Part shown: one piece after another, positions 1-9,500 of the stretch
How positions within the stretch are numbered: the stretch's first letter is position 1
Layout: each line of letters starts with the position of its first letter
Assembly: GCA_903864275.1 (NCBI GenBank)
Contig: CAIPFE010000035.1
Location: 24,874 to 88,873 of the forward strand
Length of the DNA: 64,000 nucleotides
Source of the DNA: an uncultured Mucilaginibacter sp.
GTDB taxonomy: Bacteria > Bacteroidota > Bacteroidia > Sphingobacteriales > Sphingobacteriaceae
Reading direction: 5' to 3'
Position numbers and translations under genes: made by a program
The notes under the pieces: generated by a model
Seen by the model: the letters and a program-made list of their open reading frames with translations, nothing else
Told to the model about the DNA's origin: nothing
Database searches by the model: none

Positions 1-319
1 CTTTTTTGCCTGCCAGCGTAATTTTATTTGATGTTCTGATCCCTTCGGTTTTAGGGCCAACCTGGTCTACCTCGAAGGTCACGGGGTCGTCGCCGCGTAA
101 GCCTAACAGTATCGCTATATCGGTGCCGTGGCCTTTTCCGGTTTTAGCAAGCGACCCGTACAACAGTACTTTCACGCCAACCACCAGCGGTAAAACATGC
201 TTATCGTCAAGCATCTGCACAAATTGCTGCGCCGCACGCCACGGCCCAAGCGTATGTGAACTCGACGGGCCTATGCCGATCTTAAACATATCAAAAACTG
301 ATATTTGTTCTTTTTGCAT
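1..319 (-). CDS. sdaA: L-serine ammonia-lyase (Fe-S serine dehydratase), 5' part; runs off the window start
   Basis: Not in the ORF track. Manual minus-strand translation from ATG at 319 gives [30 protein letters not shown]...[22 protein letters not shown], containing the SdaA signatures GIGPSSSHT and [14 protein letters not shown]. Confidence 0.95.
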   Translation of the reverse strand, partial: MQKEQISVFDMFKIGIGPSSSHTLGPWRAAQQFVQMLDDKHVLPLVVGVKVLLYGSLAKTGKGHGTDIAILLGLRGDDPVTFEVDQVGPKTEGIRTSNKITLAGKK

Positions 320-433
320 CAGGCCAAAATTACAATTGTATCAGTACTTTTTGTCTTTAATGTTTGAATATTCAAAATAGATTTAATACATTCAATAAAA
401 ATTAAAACCTCATCCAATTAAAACCTAAAACAC

Positions 434-898
434 ATGGAAAATCTTGACGCGTCCTCGCCCGGCATGGCAGCTGCAATAGCCGCCATTTTTTTGGCCTGTT
501 TAATTCCGTTCCTAATCATTTGGGTAATCGTAGTTATCGGCCAATGGAAAGTTTTTACCAAAGCCGGTAAACCCGGCTGGGCATGTATAATACCTATTTA
601 TAATTTAATTGTAATTCTCGAAATAGTTGGCAAACCTATATGGTGGATATTTTTGTTTTTGATACCCTGCGTAAATATCATATTTCTTGTATGGACCATG
701 AACCTGTTGAGTAAGAGTTTTGGACAAAGCGAAGGTTTCACAGTTGGCCTCTTGCTTTTGGGCTTTATTTTTTGGCCGATATTAGGGTTTGGCAATTATC
801 CATATCTTGGCCCTTCCGCAGCTGAAGCCGGCGGGTTGAGGCCCAGAGACCCGCTCGGCCCAACAAATTACCAGGACCCTCAGCCGCCGCAGGTTTAA
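434..898 (+). CDS. DUF5684-family membrane protein
   Basis: Hydrophobic 154 aa protein with WKVFTKAGKPGWACIIPIYN and SKSFGQSEGFTVGLLLLGFIFWPILGFG motifs. Confidence 0.8.
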   Translation: MENLDASSPGMAAAIAAIFLACLIPFLIIWVIVVIGQWKVFTKAGKPGWACIIPIYNLIVILEIVGKPIWWIFLFLIPCVNIIFLVWTMNLLSKSFGQSEGFTVGLLLLGFIFWPILGFGNYPYLGPSAAEAGGLRPRDPLGPTNYQDPQPPQV

Positions 899-1263
899 TG
901 ATCTTACAATATATTCCAATCCAAATGTTTTGCAGCCGGTTAGTTTTCATCAACTGGCTGCAAAATCATTTGCTCCCCTGTCCTTTTAAATATTTAACCG
1001 GCATTGACTGCCCCGGCTGCGGCTTCCAGCGTTCGGTTATGGCATTAATGCAAGGCAGTTTTCAAAAAAGTTTTATGCTTTATCCTGCGGCAATACCTTT
1101 ACTGCTGTTTTTTGCCTATGGCCTGGCTGATAACTTTTTCACGCTTGATACATCAAAAAACGCCATAAAAAAATCGCTGTTTGCTTTCATAGGCAGCATA
1201 ATATTAGTTAGTTATGGCATCAAACTCTGGGGTTTATACGGTCACTATATAGCATCCGTTTGA
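898..1263 (+). CDS. DUF2752-family membrane protein (true start may be slightly downstream)
   Basis: LPCPFKYLTGIDCPGCGFQRS motif followed by two TM helices. Confidence 0.8.
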   Translation: MILQYIPIQMFCSRLVFINWLQNHLLPCPFKYLTGIDCPGCGFQRSVMALMQGSFQKSFMLYPAAIPLLLFFAYGLADNFFTLDTSKNAIKKSLFAFIGSIILVSYGIKLWGLYGHYIASV

Positions 1264-1979
1264 GCTGTGATATGGCTGTAATCTTTTATAATGGTTTGCA
1301 AAAATTGCATGCTATTCATGTTCGGGGGCAGGCTTATCTGCAAATATTCCCTTATCCTGTCCGCCATTTTATAAACCATTACATTGTTACCGGTTTTAAA
1401 GTAGCTTTCTATCACTTCGTGTATCAGGTTGATATCTGTGTCTTTCAGTTGAACAGCCTGGGCAAAAACCGGCTGATAGCCCTCCTCTACCCTGGCAAAA
1501 ACCAGGTTGTTCATGTTTGTACGGGGTTTAGTCCTTATTACCACCGTGCCTGCTATAATATCACCTATCCGTTGGCCTTTTTCCGTCAGTATGATCGTTA
1601 TTACCCCCCCGAGCCATGAGGTTAGGCTAAAATCAACTAACCGGAATAGCCAGCGCAACAAAAACTGGCTGAATTTCGGGCGCGTACCATCCAGGCTGAT
1701 CACCCGTATTTTCAATACCACTTTTCCAACACTTTGCCCATTAAAAAACGATTCGCACACCAGATCATAAAAAAGCAGCGTTAATCCTACAATAATAAAA
1801 TACACGGCGATGCCCACATCCGAAAGTACACTTGTCAGGATGCTGCCAATAATAGCCAGGGCAATAAAAATTGCCAGGTCAATAAAATAGGCCAGTATCC
1901 TTTCACCCAGTCCGCCAATTTCATAGTCAATATCAATATTTTGGGTTGTGTGTACTGTTATTATTTCCATCTTTAACAA
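1245..1979 (-). CDS. RDD family membrane protein
   Basis: RILAYFID, GQSVGKVVLKIRVI and QRIGDIIAGTVV motifs. Confidence 0.9.
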   Translation of the reverse strand: MLKMEIITVHTTQNIDIDYEIGGLGERILAYFIDLAIFIALAIIGSILTSVLSDVGIAVYFIIVGLTLLFYDLVCESFFNGQSVGKVVLKIRVISLDGTRPKFSQFLLRWLFRLVDFSLTSWLGGVITIILTEKGQRIGDIIAGTVVIRTKPRTNMNNLVFARVEEGYQPVFAQAVQLKDTDINLIHEVIESYFKTGNNVMVYKMADRIREYLQISLPPNMNSMQFLQTIIKDYSHITAQTDAI

Positions 1980-2053
1980 ATATAAAATTGTTATTGAAAA
2001 TTATGATTGCAGTTTAAAGTTTTGTAGTTATTTTAAACAAAAAATTCGGGAAA

Positions 2054-3034
2054 ATGCGGGAAGCGTTGTTTGTTAAACAAAACACCCAAAGGTGGAAGGA
2101 TTATGAAAACTTAAAAGATAAAGGCCCTGATGCGCTTGCCGAATCTTTTATAAGTATAACCGACGACCTTGCCTATGCCAAAACATTTTATCCGAAATCA
2201 AATACCACCAAATATTTAAACGGGCTTGCAGCATCGTTTCATCAATCCATCTATAAAAACAAAAAAGAGAAAACCAGCAGGTTTGTTGTTTTTTGGAGAT
2301 ATGAACTGCCGCTGGTTTTTTATAAGCATCGAAAACCGTTATTATATTCGTTTTTATTTTTTACGGTTTTTAGCCTGATGGGGGCGCTTTCTGCGCGTTA
2401 TGACAACACTTTTGTGCGATTGATATTGGGCGATGACTATGTTAACATGACCAATGAGAATATAGTTAAGGGTGATCCGTTTGGTGTATACAAACAGGGG
2501 AGTTCGTTTTTGATGTTCGTTCAAATAGCATTCAACAATATAATGGTTGAGCTGTCAACCTTTGTTATGGGAATAATATTTTCCGTTGGAAGTATTTACC
2601 AACTGATGAGTAACGGGGTTATGATGGGGTCATTTCAATACTATTTTTTTAATAAGGGACTTGGCTGGCAGTCGATTCTGGTAATATGGCTGCACGGAAC
2701 GCTTGAAATCTCTGCAATTATTTTGGCGGGCGGGGCAGGGCTCATCCTCGGTAACAGTATACTTTTCCCTAAAACCTATACGCGTATCGTATCATTAAAA
2801 AATGGAGCAAAGGACGGGCTGAAAATTGCCATCGGATTGATACCTATTTTTATAACAGCAGCTTTTTTTGAAGGCTTTGTAACCCGGCATACCGAAATGC
2901 CTGTTTGGCTGAGTGTTACTATATTAATTGCGTCACTTTCGTTCATTATATGGTATGTAATTTTGTATCCTGCTATCCTAAACCGAAAAATAAATCACAA
3001 TAATAATTTAGTAAAAAATGAAACAGCCTATTGA
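2054..3034 (+). CDS. Stage II sporulation protein M-like / DUF95 membrane protein
   Basis: MREALFVKQN start, DDLAYAKTFYP, FNNIMV, IWLHGTLEISAI and AAFFEGFVT motifs. Confidence 0.88.
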   Translation: MREALFVKQNTQRWKDYENLKDKGPDALAESFISITDDLAYAKTFYPKSNTTKYLNGLAASFHQSIYKNKKEKTSRFVVFWRYELPLVFYKHRKPLLYSFLFFTVFSLMGALSARYDNTFVRLILGDDYVNMTNENIVKGDPFGVYKQGSSFLMFVQIAFNNIMVELSTFVMGIIFSVGSIYQLMSNGVMMGSFQYYFFNKGLGWQSILVIWLHGTLEISAIILAGGAGLILGNSILFPKTYTRIVSLKNGAKDGLKIAIGLIPIFITAAFFEGFVTRHTEMPVWLSVTILIASLSFIIWYVILYPAILNRKINHNNNLVKNETAY

Positions 3035-3896
3035 ACTGAGACGATTACGTGACTTTGGCCAGATTATTAACGATTCCTTTACTTTTTTAAGGGAAAACTT
3101 TAAACCTTTATTTAAAGCGCTGTTTATTATATGCGGTTTTTTTATACTCGTGAGTACCGTCACTACGGTATTTACTTATATGAATATTAGCACCGTGATC
3201 AATATAAATCTAAATTCATATGATGCCCAGTCCAGGCCACTGGAATATTTTGCCACCGCATTAGTGGGCGCTTTTATTTTGCTTTTAACCCAGGCGTTTA
3301 TTCATTTGGTTACCTTGTGTTATATTTCTGTTTATCTCCAAAAAAACAATACAACACCTACCCTGGCAGAGGTATGGGGTTATTTTAGGTTCTACTTTTT
3401 CAGGGTGTTGGGAAGCGGTATATTGATATTTTTTATGTTAGTGATCGCAACAATGCTTTGCGTTATCCCCGGAATTTACATGATTCCGGTTTCTTACCTC
3501 ATTATCCCAATCATAGTAATTGAAAATTCATCATTCAGTTACGCATTTAATAAAAGTTTCAGGTTGATTAAAAACAACTGGTGGCTGGTTTTTGGGGTGA
3601 TCTTTATTATGTCGTTAATCGTGGGGGTTGCGGGTTCTATAGTAAGCATTCCAATAACATTAATCACTGTTGGCAGTAAATTTTTAACCCTCAAAAGCTT
3701 TTCGCTGCCCCTTATCATCATTTTCAGCGTATTAAAGAACATAATTCTGCTTGCTTATGTTTTGCCGGGTATTGCTGTATGCCTATGCTATTTTAACCTG
3801 GCCGAAGAAAAAGACGGCACAGGCCTGCTTGACCGTATAGGAAAATTGGGGACGGCCAATGATGACCAAACAAATTTACCGGCTGAAGAATTTTAA
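3018..3896 (+). CDS. Conserved multi-pass membrane protein (glycerophosphoryl diester phosphodiesterase membrane-domain-like)
   Basis: IELRRLRDFGQIINDSFTFLRENFKPL start, multiple TM helices, SFRLIKNNWW motif; overlaps the upstream stop, suggesting an operon. Confidence 0.75.
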   Translation: MKQPIELRRLRDFGQIINDSFTFLRENFKPLFKALFIICGFFILVSTVTTVFTYMNISTVININLNSYDAQSRPLEYFATALVGAFILLLTQAFIHLVTLCYISVYLQKNNTTPTLAEVWGYFRFYFFRVLGSGILIFFMLVIATMLCVIPGIYMIPVSYLIIPIIVIENSSFSYAFNKSFRLIKNNWWLVFGVIFIMSLIVGVAGSIVSIPITLITVGSKFLTLKSFSLPLIIIFSVLKNIILLAYVLPGIAVCLCYFNLAEEKDGTGLLDRIGKLGTANDDQTNLPAEEF

Positions 3897-3900
3897 GTAT

Positions 3901-4635
3901 ATGCATAAGTTTATACCCCCATTTGTTCTAACATTATTAATTGCATTATTTTTAGTAAGCACTAAAGCTGCGCCGGTTAAAAAAAAGTTGCCTGCGAAGG
4001 TCAGCATTGATACCACAAAAATTGCGGTAAAAAAATTTGATGCAAATGCTATAAAAAAGTATAAAAGGGATAAAGAATTTAACTATACGGGGGAAGCGGT
4101 TGGCCAGCCTTCGTTATGGGAACGTTTCTGGAACTGGCTTTGGGATAAGATCTTAAGTCTGTTTGGCAGGATTCCGTTCATCGGGCCTATTTTTAAATAC
4201 CTTTTGCTGGGCCTGGCGATTGCCCTTTTAACCTATGTCATATTTAGATCGTTGGGGATCGATGCTATGCAATTGCTCCGGGGCGATGCGAAAAAAATTG
4301 ACCTGGCCTATACCGAGTCGCTCGAAAACATCCATGAAATGAACTTTGACGCTGAAATTGAAAAAGCTATTTCACAGCACAATTTCCGGCTCGCTGTCCG
4401 TTTGCTGTATTTAAAATGTTTAAAACAACTAAGTGACAAGAATTTAATTCAATGGCAAATTGATAAAACAAACGCCGCCTATGTTTACGAACTTGCCGAC
4501 CCTGTACAAAAACAAACTTTTGGATTATTAACCAGGCAGTTTGAATATGTGTGGTATGGGAATTTTTTTATTGATAAGGATATCTTCAGCAACATTAACT
4601 TATTGTTTCAAAACTTTAAAAATCACCTGCCATGA
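3901..4635 (+). CDS. DUF4129 domain-containing protein
   Basis: Signal peptide, TM helix, then FRLAVRLLYLKCL...KTNAAYVYEL...LTRQFEYVWYG; second ATG (3901) preferred over 3859. Confidence 0.85.
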   Translation: MHKFIPPFVLTLLIALFLVSTKAAPVKKKLPAKVSIDTTKIAVKKFDANAIKKYKRDKEFNYTGEAVGQPSLWERFWNWLWDKILSLFGRIPFIGPIFKYLLLGLAIALLTYVIFRSLGIDAMQLLRGDAKKIDLAYTESLENIHEMNFDAEIEKAISQHNFRLAVRLLYLKCLKQLSDKNLIQWQIDKTNAAYVYELADPVQKQTFGLLTRQFEYVWYGNFFIDKDIFSNINLLFQNFKNHLP

Positions 4636-5810
4636 GGAGTTTGAAGCTGTATTTGATAGTGGGGGGCGTACTGCTAGCGATTTATATAATTGCACAGCTT
4701 AACCGTCCTAAAGCTGTTGATTGGTCGGAGTCATTCAGCGATAAAGAAAAAACGCCTTTCGGGACATATATAGTTTATAACCGGTTGAAGGATGTTTTTC
4801 CAAAATCCCGAATAATACCTTACCGCCAGCCGGTTTACTCGGTAATTGCCGAAGACTCGATAAAAAATTCATCTTATATTATTATTTGTCCTGGGTTTGA
4901 GCTTACAAAAGCCGACTATGACCAGCTGGTAAAATATATAAGGAAAGGAAATGACGTTTTCATCGCTTCATCCTATTTTGGTAAAACATTCGATAAAAAA
5001 TTGAGTATCAGGACAGAAACCTTCTTAAAATTTGGCAGGGATACGTCTTCCGTAAAATTTTTGAACCCGGCATTAGATCCTCAAAAGCTTTACACCCTTG
5101 ATAAGGGTACAGGGAGCAATTACTTCAGTAAATTTGATACGTTGCGGGCAGCCGTAATAGGCGAAAATGTAAATCATAAGGCCAATTTTATAAAATATAG
5201 TTTCGGCAAAGGGTCGTTGTACCTTGTTACCAATCCAAAATTATTTAGCAATTACAGCTTATTAAATCCCAGTGGGGCCGAATATGCCGCAACGGCGCTA
5301 TCTTACCTGAAAAGCAGCGACAAATTGATATGGGACGAATATTATACGCAGGGAGATACCGGGAGTGAATCACCTATGCGCGTGTTTTTAAGTAACGATG
5401 CCTTACAATGGGCTTATTATATTGCTATTTTAAGCTTATTGATATTTGTATTTTTTGAAGTAAAACGGACACAGCGTGTCATCCCGGTAATTGAACCATT
5501 AAACAACACAACGCTGGAATTTGTAAATGTAGTAGGCCAGGTTTATTACGAAAAGCGCAACAATGCTAATATCGCCCATAAGAAGATCCTCTACCTTTTG
5601 GAACACCTGCGCGAAGAATACCAATTAAAAACCAATAAACTGGATAGTGAATTTACTGAAAAGTTAACGGCAAAATTGGGGATTGACCCTGCTTTCTCGC
5701 ATAGATTGGTTAGTTACATACTGTATATCAGCGTCCAGGACCATGTTTCCGATCGTGAATTAATTGAATTAAATAAATTGATAGAAAAACTTTATATCCA
5801 ATCCGCATAA
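4632..5810 (+). CDS. DUF4350 domain-containing protein
   Basis: DWSESFSDKEKTPFGTYI, LSNYSLL-like motif, WDEYY, KRTQRVIPVIEPLNNTTLEFVNVVGQVYY; ATGA overlap with the upstream gene. Confidence 0.85.
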   Translation: MRSLKLYLIVGGVLLAIYIIAQLNRPKAVDWSESFSDKEKTPFGTYIVYNRLKDVFPKSRIIPYRQPVYSVIAEDSIKNSSYIIICPGFELTKADYDQLVKYIRKGNDVFIASSYFGKTFDKKLSIRTETFLKFGRDTSSVKFLNPALDPQKLYTLDKGTGSNYFSKFDTLRAAVIGENVNHKANFIKYSFGKGSLYLVTNPKLFSNYSLLNPSGAEYAATALSYLKSSDKLIWDEYYTQGDTGSESPMRVFLSNDALQWAYYIAILSLLIFVFFEVKRTQRVIPVIEPLNNTTLEFVNVVGQVYYEKRNNANIAHKKILYLLEHLREEYQLKTNKLDSEFTEKLTAKLGIDPAFSHRLVSYILYISVQDHVSDRELIELNKLIEKLYIQSA

Positions 5811-5812
5811 TT

Positions 5813-6790
5813 ATGGAAGATGAAATATTTGAACAAAGAACCGACCTGAGCAAGCTTAGTGCTGCCGTTGAGCAGATCAAGGCAACGCTGGCGAAAATAA
5901 TTGTCGGTCAGCACGATAGTATTGACTTGCTTATAGCAGGCATACTTGCCGACGGGCATATATTGATTGAAGGTGTGCCGGGTGTCGCCAAAACTTTAAC
6001 TGCCAAGCTGATCGCGAAATCAATTGATGCAAAATACTCACGCATACAATTTACGCCGGACCTTATGCCTTCGGATATTTTAGGCACATCGGTATTTAAT
6101 CCAAAAACTACCAATTTTGAGTTTAAACACGGCCCTATTTTCGGCAATATTATCCTGATTGACGAGATCAACCGTGCCCCGGCGAAAACGCAGTCGGCTT
6201 TGTTCGAGGTGATGGAAGAACGCCAGTTAACTATCGACGGCCAAACCTATAAAATGGAGGAGCCCTTCACCGTACTGGCAACACAGAACCCGGTGGAGCA
6301 TGAGGGCACCTATCGCCTGCCCGAAGCGCAGCTGGACCGTTTTATATTTAAAATAGAAATAAAATACCCTTCGCTGGATGAAGAAATAGCTATTCTTACC
6401 CAACAGCATAACCAAAAGACGACCGATCAGCTAAAGCATATCCAGCCGGTATTAACGGCGCAGGATGTGGTTTCGTTACGGAGGGTGGTATTGGGCCTGC
6501 ACGTTGAAGAAAAGATATTGGTTTATGTAGCCAAGATAGTTCATGAAAGCCGCAACAATAAGTCGTTGTACCTGGGCGGGTCGCCGCGTGCCTCACTGGC
6601 CATTATAAACGCTGCAAAAGCGCTGGCGGCCATTAAAGGACGAGATTTTGTTACGCCGGATGATGTTACCTATGTGGCGGCACCCGTTTTAAGGCACCGC
6701 ATTATGCTAACCCCCGATAAAGAAATGGAAGGTGTAACACCCGATGATGTAGTGGCACAAATTATTCAGAAAATTGAGGTGCCGAGGTGA
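5813..6790 (+). CDS. MoxR-family AAA+ ATPase
   Basis: Walker [22 protein letters not shown], Walker [45 protein letters not shown]. Confidence 0.96.
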   Translation: MEDEIFEQRTDLSKLSAAVEQIKATLAKIIVGQHDSIDLLIAGILADGHILIEGVPGVAKTLTAKLIAKSIDAKYSRIQFTPDLMPSDILGTSVFNPKTTNFEFKHGPIFGNIILIDEINRAPAKTQSALFEVMEERQLTIDGQTYKMEEPFTVLATQNPVEHEGTYRLPEAQLDRFIFKIEIKYPSLDEEIAILTQQHNQKTTDQLKHIQPVLTAQDVVSLRRVVLGLHVEEKILVYVAKIVHESRNNKSLYLGGSPRASLAIINAAKALAAIKGRDFVTPDDVTYVAAPVLRHRIMLTPDKEMEGVTPDDVVAQIIQKIEVPR

Positions 6791-6865
6791 AGTGGTGAAT
6801 GGTGAGTAGTAGTAGTGGCAGTAGCAGTGGCAAATAACCAACACAGAAAACGGTAGTGCTCAATA

Positions 6866-8212
6866 ATGAAAAAGCTGTTTAATTTATTTTATACCAACCT
6901 GTTTTTAACCAGCCGCCTGTTTATGGCGCTTGGTGGCTGCGTTGTGCTGTTTTTGCTGGCTTTCTTTTTTCCGTGGCTGGGCGTTATTCCCGAATTGGTT
7001 TTTTACACCCTAGTAATTCTTACTTTCATTGACATACTTATGCTGTACCGCACCGCCAAAGGCATATTTGCGAAGCGGCATGCACCTGAACGCCTCAGCA
7101 ATAGTGATGATAATGAATTGGGGATATATATTGAAAACTGGTACCCTTTCAACATCAGCGCAGGTATTATTGATGAAATCCCCTTTCAATTTCAGAAAAG
7201 GGATATCTGGTTTAAAACCGAATTAAAACCCCGCCAGCGCAAACTTATAAACTATGCCCTACGCCCCACAAAACGGGGGGAATATGAATTTGGACAGGTG
7301 AGGGTCTTTGTCAGGTCGCCGGTGGGGCTTATTACCCGGAGGTATAATTTTAAACAGGCGGAAACATTGGCAGTGTACCCATCTTTTTTGCAAATGCGCA
7401 AATATGAACTGATGGCCATCTCGAATAATCTATCGGAGATCGGGATTAAAAAAATCAGGCGCCTGGGCCACAGCCTTGAATTTGAACAGGTAAAAAATTA
7501 TGTGCAGGGCGATGATTACCGTACCATAAACTGGAAAGCAACAGCAAGGCAAGGCACATTAATGACCAACAACTACACCGACGAAAAATCGCAGCATGTA
7601 TATTGCGTGATCGAAAAATCGAGGGCGATGAAAATGCCTTTTGATGGTTTAAGCCTGCTTGACTATGCTATAAATGCCAGCCTGGTTTTATCAAACGTGG
7701 CATTATTAAAAGAAGACAAGGCTGGTTTGATCACTGTAGCCGAAAAAATTGGCACTGTCGTCCCCGCCGACCGTCGCCCAACCCAGATCAATAAGATACT
7801 GGAAGTATTATACAAAGAGAAAACCCGCTACCTGGAAACAAATATGGAAGTGCTGTACAGCACCATACGCAGCGTTATCAAACAGCGCAGCCTGGTGGTA
7901 TTTTTTACTAATTACGAAAGTATGTCGGCTTTACAAAGGCAGCTGCCATTTTTAAAACGGATAGCGAAATTTCACCTGCTGCTGGTAGTGTTTTTTGAAA
8001 ATACCGAGCTTAAAAAGCTAAGTGAAGAAGCAGCCGTCGACGTAGAAGGGATTTACATAAAAACTATTGCCGAAAAATTTGCCTACGACAAAAAACTGAT
8101 CGTAAAAGAACTGGCTAAATATAATATCCAATCAATTTTAAGCACACCCAAAAACCTCACCGTAAATACCATTAACCGTTACCTGGAAATTAAAGCAAAG
8201 CAGAAGATATGA
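6866..8212 (+). CDS. DUF58 (VWA-like) MoxR-associated protein
   Basis: EFEQVKNYVQGDDYRTINWKATAR motif; directly follows MoxR. Confidence 0.93.
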   Translation: MKKLFNLFYTNLFLTSRLFMALGGCVVLFLLAFFFPWLGVIPELVFYTLVILTFIDILMLYRTAKGIFAKRHAPERLSNSDDNELGIYIENWYPFNISAGIIDEIPFQFQKRDIWFKTELKPRQRKLINYALRPTKRGEYEFGQVRVFVRSPVGLITRRYNFKQAETLAVYPSFLQMRKYELMAISNNLSEIGIKKIRRLGHSLEFEQVKNYVQGDDYRTINWKATARQGTLMTNNYTDEKSQHVYCVIEKSRAMKMPFDGLSLLDYAINASLVLSNVALLKEDKAGLITVAEKIGTVVPADRRPTQINKILEVLYKEKTRYLETNMEVLYSTIRSVIKQRSLVVFFTNYESMSALQRQLPFLKRIAKFHLLLVVFFENTELKKLSEEAAVDVEGIYIKTIAEKFAYDKKLIVKELAKYNIQSILSTPKNLTVNTINRYLEIKAKQKI

Positions 8213-8301
8213 TTTTAGTGGTTAGAGATTAGAGGTTAGTTGAAGATAAATGTCTTGATTCCTAACTTAATAACGCTTCGCGGCATGCCCGTTTCCTATA
8301 G

Positions 8302-9090
8302 CTACCCGGCTTTAGGGAACGCGATCCCAGCGGCGCCAAGATTTTTGATTATTTTCTCCATAAGGGCTATTTTAACAGTCAGGTAGTTATCAGGGTCAAG
8401 CCAGACATTTACGGTGAACCGGATACAGTCAATTTCAAGGCCGATCAGACCCAATCTTATTGGCGGGTCGGTTAGCACATTTTCAGTCGAATTGATGGCA
8501 TCGAGTATAATTTTCTTTGCCTTGTCAATGTCGGCGGCATAACCTAACTTAACCTCAAAATCCAAACGCCTTTTGCCCTGCCTGCTAAGATTTATTATCA
8601 CCTCATTAAATAGCTTGCCGTTAGGTATAATAATTGTCCTGTTATCATAAGTTATGATTACGGTATAAAATATAAGTATCGAAGTAACTTTACCTTCCTG
8701 CCCCTGGGCTACAATATTATCATTAATTTCAAAAGGCTTCAATAAAAGGATAAGCACCCCACCTGCAAAATTCTGGAAGGTGCCCGATAACGCCAAACCA
8801 GCCGCCACGCTAAATGCGCCGATTATGGTGGTGAATACTGTAATGTGCAAACCAATAATTTCCATCACGGTAATTATCAGCAAAACATATAGTGCGGTAA
8901 TGGAAAGACTTAAAAGAAAAGGCTGTAATGAAGAGTTGACTCTTGTTTTACTCATCCGGTCGCGGATGCGGAACCGGAGGAACCTTATGAACCAAAGGCC
9001 CATAAAGAAAATGACTAATCCGAAGAACAGATCGGGCCCGTGCATGAATAGCCAATTATAAGCCCGGTCGTAAAATTTTTCAAGCTTCAT
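8302..9090 (-). CDS. mscS: Small-conductance mechanosensitive channel (MscS family)
   Basis: GLALSGTFQNFAGGVLILLLKPF, EGKVTSI, IIIPNGKL, RRLDFEV motifs; start MKLEK at 9090 preferred. Confidence 0.9.
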   Translation of the reverse strand: MKLEKFYDRAYNWLFMHGPDLFFGLVIFFMGLWFIRFLRFRIRDRMSKTRVNSSLQPFLLSLSITALYVLLIITVMEIIGLHITVFTTIIGAFSVAAGLALSGTFQNFAGGVLILLLKPFEINDNIVAQGQEGKVTSILIFYTVIITYDNRTIIIPNGKLFNEVIINLSRQGKRRLDFEVKLGYAADIDKAKKIILDAINSTENVLTDPPIRLGLIGLEIDCIRFTVNVWLDPDNYLTVKIALMEKIIKNLGAAGIAFPKAG

Positions 9091-9115
9091 AGAAGAAGCG
9101 AAGTTAAACAATTTA

Positions 9116-9217
9116 TTATTTACCGTAAATCGCTATAAAAAGTTCGGGGCCCTTAAAAAGCACCCAATCCACTATTTGACTTTGGAGGTACCTTGTTTTT
9201 TCTGTTAGATGTTTCAT
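9116..9217 (-). pseudogene. 33-codon ORF resembling the N-terminus of an MscS paralog (relic or small peptide)
   Basis: Manual translation gives MKHLTEKTRYLQSQIVDWVLFKGPELFIAIYGK*. DWVLFKGPELFIAI aligns with NWLFMHGPDLFFGL of the adjacent MscS. Confidence 0.55.
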
Positions 9218-9380
9218 ATTGATGAGCTGTATTCAAATGTTGTGCCTAAGAACCAAATTTTGATCTCTTACTCAAATTTACACTTAATTGTAGCCCAAAA
9301 ATTACTTAATCAATCATTTGATTAACAGATGACCGTCCCTTTACTTTAAAATGACGGTACCCCTGCCTGTTTAAAATAAC

Positions 9381-9410
9381 AATCCCCGTCTATTAAAATA
9401 GACAGGGATT
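9381..9410 (-). terminator. Intrinsic terminator downstream of groL
   Basis: Inverted repeat aatccc(c)gtctatt-aa-aatagac(a)gggatt, followed by a T-rich tract on the minus strand. Confidence 0.75.
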
Positions 9411-9500
9411 ATTTAAGTTCAAAGTCTGAAGTCTTGAGTCAAAAGTCTAATAAACTTTTCTCTTCCGCTCCTGATTTAAGACTTTAGGCTTCAGACTTAA

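Noticed and set aside
6-380. Plus-strand 124 aa ORF in the track
   Set aside because: Antisense shadow of the real minus-strand sdaA, which the track missed because it is truncated by the window edge.
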